A DNA stretch of 64,000 bases, taken from the NCBI GenBank assembly GCA_044229845.1, contig JBGASG010000004.1:320001-384000 (forward strand), in the 5' to 3' direction. Both the position numbers and the translations under genes were made by a program. The notes beneath the pieces are model-generated. The model saw nothing but the letters and a program-made list of their open reading frames with translations. It ran no database searches and had not been told where the DNA came from. Source of the stretch: Candidatus Obscuribacteraceae bacterium. Lineage in GTDB: Bacteria; Cyanobacteriota; Vampirovibrionia; Obscuribacterales; Obscuribacteraceae. How positions within the stretch are numbered: position 1 is the stretch's first letter; each line of letters starts with the position of its first letter. Positions 48,801 through 57,235 of this stretch are shown piece after piece.

Positions 48801-49288
48801 ATCATGCGTTTTCGGATGAATTTAACTATGGTGCCAGCGGACAGGGAATTGGAATCTCAGACCAAACAGCACGGGAACTGGAGCTTGAAATGAAACAGCT
48901 GGTGGACGGCTGTTTGAAAAACGTCGAACAGCTTTTGAGAGCTAAGCGCAAGGAACTCGATCAGATCGCTCATGCTCTCGTGGAGAAGGAAACACTCTTC
49001 TACCGCGACCTGGTGGCGATCCTGGAACCGCATCGCAGCGACTCGGACGTGGAGCACGAAATCGCAACTCTCGCAGAACGCAAATTGGTGGGCAAGAAAC
49101 GCGAGATCAGCTTTGATCTGGTGAAAGGCCTTGGATTGGTCAGTGGAGGCGGAAGCAGCTCTCCCGCTGGCAAGCCGACCAGTTCGCCGGGTGCAGATTC
49201 CGGCGGGCTTGGCACCGTAGGTGGTGAAGGTGGTCCGCTGGGTTCACCGGAGAATAATCGCGATGCGGGTCCCGAAGGCGATCACTAG
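45809..49288 (+). CDS. FtsH-like membrane protease with three tandem AAA+ domains and an M41 peptidase domain
   Basis: 2 TM; three GPPGxGKT / FIDEID / ATN...RxGRxDR sets; HEAGH, LGG.AAE, G.SSDL. Confidence 0.92.
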   Translation: MLKNWARWTLLLLWMVLLVATVTFWNPFTSLPALLKFSVLQVVAAVIFGGFMIMMQFYILMVILFPMPQRADAKAPKSLGLKIFPWMFKKTQINPKAPQLLKDLIGNEPAKVEIKEVIDMIAHPDRYAASGAEVPKGMLFIGPPGVGKTLFARAIANEVGIPFYVVEGSNLSGLFFGLGVIKLKTLFGRLKRHNKAILFIDEIDSMGARRRSDSGMGAQSDMNMTLNTLLTEMDGFGSSANLLVIGATNNDAILDPALMRAGRMDRRIYFQTPSPEERQELFKYYLSKVVYDRNIDLVELSDLTSGFSHADIANIVNEAALISQRPSGPQQVTTDTAKQALDRVSVGLERSLIGSGVELITGDPTVKLADVVGIDDIKPEVTEIIDFLRQGDHLRKIGAKLPKGVLLIGPPGVGKTMLAKAIANEAGVPFYGLSAPYMLSMFKGEGAGRIRALYAQARKSPAAIIFIDEIDSIGGGRQEVQGMGNQRTEELNQMLVELDGIGRSNVITIGATNREQELDSAFSRAGRFDRKVYIGLPDSESRKKILQSYLKKIKIAAEPDLDKLSKDTVNFSGADIAAAVNEAAILAVREKKDHVEEKHLEEAVEKISVTAGNKMNTSGINLARVPDIDVKLEHIKGMDEAKAEAAEVVALLKNAHLVQQSGLKAPKGILLVGPPGTGKTMLAKAIANEAGVPFYALTGSDFVQVWVGLGAQRIRAVYEQARRSGKPAIVFIDEIDALGHARGIDQGAGGKQEHNQTLNQFLTELDGFGKHKVLTIGATNNPQLLDRALLRPGRFDRRIEVPLPNMEGREAILQHYLGKLKMSAGVNLLEIARMTVFQSGADLANIANEAGLIAIREGRLDINQRDLIEAIQRVNFGISRSQNIVLEELWATAYHEAGHAMVSYFRDKRTRIQIITIVPTGRALGYMWHVDKDDLFHHSPNKHELLVDMEISLGGYAAENLHQETTTAGVSSDLTNVGRIARQMVREWGMGSFKFNVDHAFSDEFNYGASGQGIGISDQTARELELEMKQLVDGCLKNVEQLLRAKRKELDQIAHALVEKETLFYRDLVAILEPHRSDSDVEHEIATLAERKLVGKKREISFDLVKGLGLVSGGGSSSPAGKPTSSPGADSGGLGTVGGEGGPLGSPENNRDAGPEGDH

Positions 49289-49320
49289 GCAGCACAAGCA
49301 AGGATTGCCCATCAAGCGAT

Positions 49321-50358
49321 CTATGGGTTAAACGCAAACAAGAACGTCATCAGAAAATTGAAGGTGACGTGACAGATGAGCGTTGTCGTCGTGTTCGTGT
49401 AGCGACGCAGGATACCCATTAGCGTCGACCAACCGGCAACCTGAAGAATCAAGATTGGTGCGTGCTGGAATTGCGCGTGCAAGATACCGTGCATGATGGC
49501 GGCTGGAAGGATGCCCAGGGCGGGTTGGACCGCACCACGCATCAGGACTTCTTCGCCCACTCCTGCGCATAGGGCAGTCGACAAAGCTAAAAGCGCTGAC
49601 GGGGCGGCACCACCCCCGGTATCAAAGGCACCGAGATTGTAGTTGGTCAATTTGCCCTCCATACCACCCTGCAATGAATGTGTATAAAGCGACCAAGCAT
49701 AGTCGTAGGCGAAGGTTCCGATAACTGCCAACAAAGCCACTCCGATCTGCCATCCTTGAGGCTTCTCCAGCCCCAGGCGCGCCAACGCCTGTTGAGGGTT
49801 GCGTGTGACCATGATGCCGATGCCGCACGCTGCCAGTCCGATCAAAGCGATGCCGTTGTAGACGAGAAGCTGATCAGGAGTCACTGGAATCGGCAGGGGA
49901 AAGCTGGGAATGCCGAAATCCTGCGCTTCAGTACCCGCCAGCATGTAGCAGAAGACGCAGACATAGACCCAGAGCGAGTACATGTGGGGTATGGATTCTT
50001 TGACGAAAATCCGCTCGGCGAGGAGGGATTCCACGGCACTTTTCTTCTGCTTCAAGGCGACAAAAACTCGTCCGCCTATTATTTGGTTGGCGACCGTAAG
50101 GACATAGGAAACAGCTTCACGGAAGGGCTTAAACAATACGACAAAGCTGAGAGCAGTAGCAGTAATCAGCATTGCCTGTTGCCAGGCCGTGTAAGTCGAT
50201 TCCTTTTCAGACCCGATTGAGACCGCCGTCACGGCGCAACCAAAGGTACATACGCCGATGGTGACCCGGATAATCCACTCAAAAACCTTGCTGCGATAGG
50301 ATCCATGAGCAATCAGGGCAAATATGCAGCAGATGAAGATGGCGACCAGTTCGTCCAA
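49321..50358 (-). CDS. CPBP (CAAX/Abi) family intramembrane metalloprotease
   Basis: GEEVLMRG, HGILH, ICHVTFN; multiple TM. Confidence 0.85.
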   Translation of the reverse strand: MDELVAIFICCIFALIAHGSYRSKVFEWIIRVTIGVCTFGCAVTAVSIGSEKESTYTAWQQAMLITATALSFVVLFKPFREAVSYVLTVANQIIGGRVFVALKQKKSAVESLLAERIFVKESIPHMYSLWVYVCVFCYMLAGTEAQDFGIPSFPLPIPVTPDQLLVYNGIALIGLAACGIGIMVTRNPQQALARLGLEKPQGWQIGVALLAVIGTFAYDYAWSLYTHSLQGGMEGKLTNYNLGAFDTGGGAAPSALLALSTALCAGVGEEVLMRGAVQPALGILPAAIMHGILHAQFQHAPILILQVAGWSTLMGILRRYTNTTTTLICHVTFNFLMTFLFAFNP

Positions 50359-50517
50359 AGAAAGTACCTAAAACCTGTATTGAATTAGTATTATCACGGT
50401 TTTTTAATCTGTATGCTTCGTGATATTATATTGTCAAGACATGGTCGGGTACATAGTCTTTACGATAGTCTCAGAGACGCCCGATCGATAGAAGAAGTCC
50501 AAGAACGGAGGTTACAT

Positions 50518-50733
50518 ATGCGTCGCAAAAATGTCCTGGCAGCAGCGCTTGCAGGAGCATTCGGTGTGACCATTACAGCAGCTCTGGCAAACCCACTCCT
50601 GGGACCAGTTACTGCTCCGATGGTCGGCAAAGCTGCCATTGTCCCAGTCCAAACAGTACCAGTACAAACAAAACTCTTGAACGTGTATCGCGAAGTGCGG
50701 AGCTTCTGGCTCTCCAGAGGCATCGTCCGCTAA
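50518..50733 (+). CDS. Small secreted hypothetical protein
   Basis: GGAGG RBS; MRRKNVLAAALAGAFGVTITAALA signal peptide. Confidence 0.65.
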   Translation: MRRKNVLAAALAGAFGVTITAALANPLLGPVTAPMVGKAAIVPVQTVPVQTKLLNVYREVRSFWLSRGIVR

Positions 50734-50767
50734 GACGCCCAAAATACCGTTTGCTTCGGACTTCTAT

Positions 50768-50796
50768 GAGGCCGCTCGTTAGGGCGGCCTTCTTTC
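50768..50796 (+). terminator. Probable intrinsic terminator
   Basis: GAGGCCGCTC-GTTA-GGGCGGCCTT followed by a pyrimidine tail. Confidence 0.6.
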
Positions 50797-51024
50797 TGCC
50801 CGGTTTTATTACCTTATATCGTATATAAGCGACATCGCTCGCCGGCTCGCCCGCTCATCCAGACGTCACCAGAGACTCCGAAAAGCCCTTATACGCAATA
50901 CGCATAAAACGCCCATCCGTTTTATACGCACTGCGCATAAAGCCGGTTTGCGAGCAAAACCGGCACCACCTGCAGTGCCTGACGGCATATAACCCGCATA
51001 TAAAATAGATCGCTGAGGCTACGG

Positions 51025-51333
51025 TTACGGCTGCTTGGTGATGCGCACGACGACTTCGTCGGGACCAGCCAGGTTGAGCCTTTCGCGAGCCAGGCGCTCG
51101 ATGCCGCTCGAGGAGCGGTAGTTTTTGAGCCCATCGCGCAATTCTTTGTTGATTTGCTGCGCCTGCACCTGTCCGCGCTCCAGAGCGCCCTGCTGTTGAT
51201 GCAGGAAGACCTGCCGCTCAACGGAGCCTATGATCGACTTGCCGGCGTGGAAGATAGCCAGCACGGTCACAGCCATGATCATGAATTCGCCTAAGGCTTT
51301 CGGCTTCGTCACAGAGGTACCTCGCGGCTCCAT
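51025..51333 (-). CDS. Septum formation initiator family protein (DivIC/FtsB/FtsL-like)
   Basis: Single TM, coiled coil, IERLARERLNLAGPDEVV. Confidence 0.8.
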   Translation of the reverse strand: MEPRGTSVTKPKALGEFMIMAVTVLAIFHAGKSIIGSVERQVFLHQQQGALERGQVQAQQINKELRDGLKNYRSSSGIERLARERLNLAGPDEVVVRITKQP

Positions 51334-51418
51334 ACTAGTTGATGCACAGCAGCGCGTCCAGTACGCGCCGTTAAAGCGTTAAGCGGGCAGACTGACGACG
51401 GCCGCAAGCACAGGCGGC

Positions 51419-52609
51419 TCAGCTGCAAACCCGAGTCAGGTACTGATGCAGCGAATGCCAAGCCGAGTTTCCCTGGCGTTGGCGGCGCCAGCTTTTGTGA
51501 ACGGGGAAGCTTCCTGGGGGCAAGATCTGAGAAGGTCGACGACTCTTCACGTGTTCTCCGGACGAAAACTCAAGCATGGTGCCGTCCCGCCCGTAAAAAC
51601 GGAATCCGCAAAGTTGCCCAGTGCCACCATGGTCGGTGCCCTGGCAAGCCACCTTCGTGGCCATGCGGAAGCCGTCACGGCTGAAGAATGCAGTGATGTA
51701 CTTATCCCGGCAGAAGTGCATGGCAGCCATGCGTCGCTCGACGTGGAAGCCATGGATCAGGTCGACAGCGAAGAATTGCCCGTCTTGCGTGTGCAGATAG
51801 AAACAGCCGAGTGGATCGACGGTCATGGACACACCGCTGGCGCGCACGCGTCCTTCCTGGTCGCGCACCACCACCCCGTGGCGATCGGCTTCTCCACGGC
51901 TGTGCGTGCGTCCGTGCGAGTCGGTGCGCACAAAAGACTCCAGTTTGCCGCCAGCCGAATAGCGCAGCCAGAGCGTCTCTCCGCGAGCCGAGCGTACCTC
52001 CGTCACGCGTCCCAGAACATCTTTGGTGATGAAACCGCCGCACGCAAAACTTTCCACCCGCTGTCCGTCGGGCATCAGCTCTACATGCGCCGGCAGTGCA
52101 GCAAAGCCGGTTTCTTTACCGGCATCCGGTCCGAAATACGAAACGGCGACGCCGTCGTCCGACTCGTCAGCGGCATGGGTTTCGACATCATCGAATCCAA
52201 GTCCGGATTCAAACTCGAATTCGCAGTCCTCGCCATTCTCGCCATCGTGGTCGTCGTAGGGCGCTTGCTGCAGGAGGAACTCCCGCATGCGGGCGAGCAA
52301 CGCCGGCGGGCGCCCCGTGGGTTGCGCCGTGGCGATAGCGGTGGCAGTCATGGCCGCCGCCGTATCCACGAGAACCGTTCCGTTGACAGCGGCAGTCGCG
52401 CCGGACACTCCTGCTTCGCCTTCGCCGCCGGCTGCGCGCGTCGGTGAAAAATCGACATCAGGCGGCAGCGGCACTGGGTGTTCGAAAGTGACGATGGTTA
52501 GATTATCTGGTGATAATGGTGGCAAGTTTTGGTCGCACGGCAGATTGCCACGGACTAAGCCGCGACGCGTGTGTCGAGGTGCTTTCCCTGCCTGTATGAG
52601 ATTCTCCAC
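51419..52609 (-). CDS. Hypothetical protein
   Basis: 396 aa; low-complexity N-half and beta-rich C-half; fills the gap in a co-oriented minus-strand gene run. Confidence 0.55.
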   Translation of the reverse strand: MENLIQAGKAPRHTRRGLVRGNLPCDQNLPPLSPDNLTIVTFEHPVPLPPDVDFSPTRAAGGEGEAGVSGATAAVNGTVLVDTAAAMTATAIATAQPTGRPPALLARMREFLLQQAPYDDHDGENGEDCEFEFESGLGFDDVETHAADESDDGVAVSYFGPDAGKETGFAALPAHVELMPDGQRVESFACGGFITKDVLGRVTEVRSARGETLWLRYSAGGKLESFVRTDSHGRTHSRGEADRHGVVVRDQEGRVRASGVSMTVDPLGCFYLHTQDGQFFAVDLIHGFHVERRMAAMHFCRDKYITAFFSRDGFRMATKVACQGTDHGGTGQLCGFRFYGRDGTMLEFSSGEHVKSRRPSQILPPGSFPVHKSWRRQRQGNSAWHSLHQYLTRVCS

Positions 52610-52656
52610 GAATCAGCCCGCCATCAGCTGTCCAGAGTCCTCATGATACTAACACG

Positions 52657-54276
52657 CTATTTGGTTTTTCGGTTCCATTCTTCAATAGAATTTCGGGTTT
52701 CAACCGTGAGCCAGCCGCGCACTTGCAGTGACTCCGCCATGCGTAAACCTGAAGTTCGTTCGTCGTAGATAGCGACCTGGAACTGCGCCATGGTTATGCG
52801 ACCTTGCGCTAGTAGTGTCTCTCCCAGTTTCAGCGACGCCAGTTCTTGCGGCTGCACATAACCGGCGTTGAGAATCAGTTTTTCCACCGGAATATTGGGC
52901 GCCAGTTGCATCTGCGCTTGCAGCGCCTTCACTTCCAGAGAGCCGATGAATTGCGCGGCTTCCATGAGTTGGATGATGCGCGGCACCGGTATTTTGACTT
53001 CGGCACGCGGGGCATAGAGGTCGCGCTCTGTAAATACGAATTCTTCTTTCTTCGGCTCGCTGAGCTTCTTCTTCATTGCCGGCTTGGCAGGAATCTCGAC
53101 TTTGTCGAAACGCGGCACGGCATCGCCGGCGGCCAGCGGTGACGGCAGATCAATCGGGATTTCGGTATCGGCCGCCGGTAGTGGCGCGGTTGGTGGCGTG
53201 CCGATCGACGGATCGTAGGCGACAAACTCGGCGGTGATGTGCTCGTGCGTCGGCGGGCTGGTATCCACTTCGGAGCCGATCGGCAGCCGGCGCTCTTCCG
53301 CGGCCGGTGCAGCCGTTTCCGGGATGGTCGGCAGTGGTGGCGTGATTGGTGGCACCGCTTCGGCGGGAGCCTGGTCGCCACCATTGGCGGAGGCAGCTTC
53401 GAATGCCAGGTCGGCGAGCGGCGGCAGAGGCGGGGTGGGCGTTTCCGCAGCAGCGGGCGCCGGCACTTCTTCGACTGCCGGCGCGACAGGCACGGGTGGA
53501 AGTTCCACCGGCGGCGGCGGTTCCATCGGGATTTCCACTGGTGCTTCGACCGGTGGCGGTGGCAGCGGAGTAGCTTCGACCGGAGCTGGAGCCGGGATTT
53601 CGGCTGCTGCAGCTGGAACCGGAGCAGGGGTCGGCTCGGCCGGTTCGGCGACCGGCGCCACGGGAGTGGGCGGCTTAGGCGGCGCAGTCGGCGTGCCAAG
53701 CGATGGAATGACAGGTTTGGGAGGCGTTACACCCTCGGCGAGAGCCGGCTTCGCGGCTTCGGCAGCAGCGGCGGCCGCGGCGGCAGCGGCTTTGATATCG
53801 GCGACCGAAACAGCCGGCACGCCCGTGACTGTGTCTTCTTGCGAGACTTCCGGTCTGGCCACTTCGGGCGTCTCGAACAACCAGCGGCGCACAACCACCA
53901 GGTCGTGACTCAAGCGCAGACGCGGTTTGCGCAGAATAAACCCGGCATTGAGAAGAGTGTTGTATTCGTTTTTGGCTTCGCGCACCTTGCGGTCGCGGAG
54001 AAACTTTCTTACTTTGCGCAGGTAGGCGGCAATCACGCTGCTCGAGCTGGATTGAGCGCGGATTCCCAACAGTTCGTAGTAATTGGCCTTGTTGCTCGGC
54101 CCGTCGGTTTTGTCTTCCGGCGGCGGCAGCAAATCAGGGAAAAGGTGCGACAGCTCCCTGACGGAAGTAAATGAGCCTATCTTGTCTTTCAGGTTCCAGC
54201 TTTGTCGTAAAGCGGCGCAAAGAACTTGTGATTCAAGTTCGACGCGGTTTACGGGACCTGCCCCTTTTGCCTGCAT
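52657..54276 (-). CDS. Protein with a J-domain-like N-terminus, Pro/Ala linker and MshEN-like C-terminal repeats
   Basis: NYYELLGI...AY.RKVRK without HPD; KLGETLLAQGRITMAQF. Confidence 0.65.
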   Translation of the reverse strand: MQAKGAGPVNRVELESQVLCAALRQSWNLKDKIGSFTSVRELSHLFPDLLPPPEDKTDGPSNKANYYELLGIRAQSSSSSVIAAYLRKVRKFLRDRKVREAKNEYNTLLNAGFILRKPRLRLSHDLVVVRRWLFETPEVARPEVSQEDTVTGVPAVSVADIKAAAAAAAAAAEAAKPALAEGVTPPKPVIPSLGTPTAPPKPPTPVAPVAEPAEPTPAPVPAAAAEIPAPAPVEATPLPPPPVEAPVEIPMEPPPPVELPPVPVAPAVEEVPAPAAAETPTPPLPPLADLAFEAASANGGDQAPAEAVPPITPPLPTIPETAAPAAEERRLPIGSEVDTSPPTHEHITAEFVAYDPSIGTPPTAPLPAADTEIPIDLPSPLAAGDAVPRFDKVEIPAKPAMKKKLSEPKKEEFVFTERDLYAPRAEVKIPVPRIIQLMEAAQFIGSLEVKALQAQMQLAPNIPVEKLILNAGYVQPQELASLKLGETLLAQGRITMAQFQVAIYDERTSGLRMAESLQVRGWLTVETRNSIEEWNRKTK

Positions 54277-54366
54277 ATCTGGGCTTCGCTTTCCTAATTG
54301 CCAACTGAACTCAAGGTGTGACTCGCCTATTGGCGCGCCCCATTACTAAGATACCCCTCGCGCGGA

Positions 54367-54807
54367 TTATTTATTGTCATTGAGGAGATGGAAAGTAATA
54401 TCCGTCTCGCCAATTTTTATTTTGTCACCGGATGTGAGCAAAATGCGCTTTTGAACCGGTTGTTCGTTAAGTAGTGTGCCGTTGGTCGAACCCAGGTCCT
54501 CAAGCCAGAATTTGTCTTGCTCGAAAGTTACCCAGGCGTGATAACGCGATACAAAGAGGTCGTCCAGAAGGACAATCTGATTGGCGGGATCACGACCGAT
54601 GCGCACCCAGCGAGTAGTGATCGGCAGTTTCCGATTTTCAGCTTCGATAGAAAGCTCCGCCATGAGAGGGATCGCCTCGCTGGCGTACTGCTGTGAGAAA
54701 CCGCAGCAGACGCCGGACTCTGGAACATCCTCTCCGCAGGCCGGACAGATGGTCTTTTTATCGGAACCTTTACTGGTCATGCCAACCGAACTAGTGTGTA
54801 CAGTCAC
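54367..54807 (-). CDS. FHA domain protein with an N-terminal Cys cluster
   Basis: IGR...VSRYHA...DLGSTNGT...GDKIKIG; CPACG...CC. Confidence 0.9.
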   Translation of the reverse strand: MTVHTSSVGMTSKGSDKKTICPACGEDVPESGVCCGFSQQYASEAIPLMAELSIEAENRKLPITTRWVRIGRDPANQIVLLDDLFVSRYHAWVTFEQDKFWLEDLGSTNGTLLNEQPVQKRILLTSGDKIKIGETDITFHLLNDNK

Positions 54808-54911
54808 AAGACATTATAGCGGTTTATGCAGTCCGCTAAAAAGCTCAAAAGGCGCTAGCCAAGCGGCATTCCGCTTGCAGGCGAGCGTTGGGCAGACCCG
54901 GTGGGATCGAA

Positions 54912-55250
54912 TCAGGTGGCAGTGTTGACTGAAGACTCTGCGCTTTCCGCAGATTCTTCTGTGGTTTGAACATCGCGCTTCTTCGTCTGGAAGCAATATG
55001 CGCAGTACACAGGTCTATATCCTTTCGGCTGGAAAGGAACCCGCGTCGGCACACCACACTCGGCGCAGCTGACTTCGGCTGCACGACTTGCGTCTTCGCC
55101 GTTTCGCTGAATGCGCATCAGCAATCGGCAGTTGGGGCAACGCTTAGGCTCGTTGACGAGCCCCTTGGTGGAGAAAAAGTCTTGTTCGCCGGCTGAAAAA
55201 ATGAAGGTCTTATTGCAGTCGCGGCACGTTAGGTTTTTGTCGTCGAACAT
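54912..55250 (-). CDS. Zinc-ribbon protein (zf-trcl plus CxxC-x17-CxxC)
   Basis: CRDC.KTFIFSAGEQDFF..KG..NEPKRCPNC; CAECG...VPF.P...RPVYCAYC. Confidence 0.9.
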   Translation of the reverse strand: MFDDKNLTCRDCNKTFIFSAGEQDFFSTKGLVNEPKRCPNCRLLMRIQRNGEDASRAAEVSCAECGVPTRVPFQPKGYRPVYCAYCFQTKKRDVQTTEESAESAESSVNTAT

Positions 55251-55453
55251 TCTGCTGGATACCTTGAAAAGCGGACTACAAATGTCAACATTCGCGCAGG
55301 GACGGGGTTGCCCCAGTGATTATTGTCGACATTTGTAGCCATGCTATCACGCCAAGTCCCAGTCTGGAAGGTTTTCGCCTCTGGACTCGGGGAAATCGTG
55401 ACTAATGTAGGATTCGCCCATTAGGGGTTTTCCCCACATGCCAAGCACGCCTC

Positions 55454-56437
55454 CTATCCGGGTATTCGCTTACGCGGCGCCCTTGCATAAACACCGGCAT
55501 CGAGCGCGACTGCTTGACCGCAAAAATGGGCAGCAGCCGCCACCATAGCAGCATTGTCGGTGCAGAGCGACATCTTAGGATAGAAAACCGGCACTTTTGC
55601 CGAGTCACTCAACCGCTTACGCAGGGCTGAGTTCGCCGCCACACCGCCAGCCAGCACTATCGCCGGCGCGGCCGTTTCTGCTTGCGCTTTGATGGTCTTC
55701 TTGACCAGGACACGCGTCACGGCGTCCTGAAAGGACGCGCAGAGATCTTCTAAAGGCAGCGGCGGCGAAAGTTTCTCGCAGGTGCGCAGAACCGCAGTCT
55801 TCAGTCCGCTGAAGCTGAAATCGTAGCCGGCCACCACCCCTTCAGGAAACGGGAAGGCTGTTGGGTTTCCCTGTTGGGCCAGTTTGTCGACCAGTGGTCC
55901 GCCCGGATACCCCAGCCCCAGCAGCCTGGCGACCTTGTCGTACGCTTCTCCGGCGGCATCATCCAGGGTCTGCCCGAGAATCTTGCCTTGTCCATAACCT
56001 TCGAAGTGAATGATTTGCGTATGCCCGCCGCTGACAAGCAGCGCGATGAAAGGCGGTTGCAGGTCGGTATCAATGAAATTGGCGCAGACATGAGCCAGAA
56101 GGTGGTCGACAGCAACCAGCGGTTTGTCGTAGACGAACGCCATGGCTTTGGCTACGGAAAGCCCCGCCAACAGCGTGCCGATCAGTCCCGGTCCAGCGGT
56201 ATAGGCGATGCCGTCCAGGCTGTCGGGTGCCAGACCGGACTCAGCGAGACTTTCGGCGACGATTTCATTCACCGTCTCGAGATGCTGACGGGCCGCCACT
56301 TCCGGCACGACACCGCCGAATTTCTTGTGGGTCTCAATCTGGGAGACGACCTTGCTGGAGAGCACTTTTCGACCATCAGCGACGACGGCGGCGGCGGTTT
56401 CGTCGCAGCTGGTTTCAATTGCCAAAAAAGTGCCCAT
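55454..56437 (-). CDS. tsaD: tRNA N6-adenosine threonylcarbamoyltransferase
   Basis: LAIETSCDET, GGVVPEVAARQH, HLLAH, SGGHT, DDAAGEAYDK, TDNAAM. Confidence 0.96.
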   Translation of the reverse strand: MGTFLAIETSCDETAAAVVADGRKVLSSKVVSQIETHKKFGGVVPEVAARQHLETVNEIVAESLAESGLAPDSLDGIAYTAGPGLIGTLLAGLSVAKAMAFVYDKPLVAVDHLLAHVCANFIDTDLQPPFIALLVSGGHTQIIHFEGYGQGKILGQTLDDAAGEAYDKVARLLGLGYPGGPLVDKLAQQGNPTAFPFPEGVVAGYDFSFSGLKTAVLRTCEKLSPPLPLEDLCASFQDAVTRVLVKKTIKAQAETAAPAIVLAGGVAANSALRKRLSDSAKVPVFYPKMSLCTDNAAMVAAAAHFCGQAVALDAGVYARAPRKRIPG

Positions 56438-56513
56438 AATTTTGCTCTCCGTGGAACATTGTATTGGGTAGCGAGCGCCGCTTTCCGACCGGGTTCTCAG
56501 GACTTGATTTCTA

Positions 56514-56542
56514 TTGACAATTACCCTTAAAAACCGTACGAT
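56514..56542 (+). promoter_or_regulatory. Sigma-70 type promoter for the secreted-protein trio
   Basis: TTGACA - 17 bp - TACGAT. Confidence 0.7.
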
Positions 56543-56632
56543 TAGCGTGCGGCTAGTGTCGCTACTGCGCCGCCTTACTAAACAAACGAAAAACGCCCTC
56601 CCAGCCCAAACCCTTCCACAGGTGTTTTTGCT

Positions 56633-57235
56633 ATGAAAAAGCTTTCCCAAGTCGGCCTTCTGGTAGCTGTCTCGCTGTGTCTGACCGTGCCCGCGGCGCG
56701 CGCAGACTGGGACGATTTCGTGAACACGCCCACTATTTCGGGTGAAGCTAGCATCGATGGCAGCGGCAATGTCAGCGGTTCCGTCAGTGCGGAATTCGGC
56801 AGCGGCTCCGGTGCCACAGCCGGATTCGGCAACGGTTCGGGCAGCGGCGGCGGTGGTGGCGGCGGCGGCGGTGGCGTCGGACAGGCTGCCACCGGGGATG
56901 GTGCTAACACAACCGACACCAGCGGACAGGGCACCGACAACCAGTACGTCCATCTCAACGACTATGGGCAGCAGTTGATCGAAGCGCCGGCTCGCAACAA
57001 GAGCAACTACACGTCGCAAAATCAGTATCAACAACTGACCGAGGGCAACGAGACCAGCACCGAGCTGATGGCCCCCGAATCGGTTTCGGGCAGACCGATC
57101 CCATCTGGCTCATTCAAACTCGGCTTCCCGGGTCGCACCGGCGGCGTCGCGCCGACCAACATGAATCCGTGGCAGGGAACTATTGCTCCACCTTGCAGCA
57201 CCACTTCGTGCGATTTCAACGTCGTCGATCTCTAA
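56633..57235 (+). CDS. Secreted Gly-rich hypothetical protein (paralog 1)
   Basis: Signal peptide ending ARA; poly-Gly; ATGDGANTT and TSTELMAPESVS motifs. Confidence 0.75.
   Translation: MKKLSQVGLLVAVSLCLTVPAARADWDDFVNTPTISGEASIDGSGNVSGSVSAEFGSGSGATAGFGNGSGSGGGGGGGGGGVGQAATGDGANTTDTSGQGTDNQYVHLNDYGQQLIEAPARNKSNYTSQNQYQQLTEGNETSTELMAPESVSGRPIPSGSFKLGFPGRTGGVAPTNMNPWQGTIAPPCSTTSCDFNVVDL

Noticed and set aside
50930..50960. TGCGCATAA resembles the XerC arm of a dif site
   Set aside because: No XerD-like arm (TTATGTTAAA) 6 bp downstream, so it is not called dif; kept only as an unexplained palindrome.
51700..52050. YD/RHS-like phrases (DVLGRVTEV, YSAGGKL) in the 396-aa hypothetical protein
   Set aside because: Too few repeats, no RHS core motif and no toxin-immunity arrangement.
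56438..57034. Apparent 199-aa N-terminal extension of TsaD in the ORF track
   Set aside because: It is the antisense of the promoter and first secreted gene; TsaD homology begins at ATG 56437.
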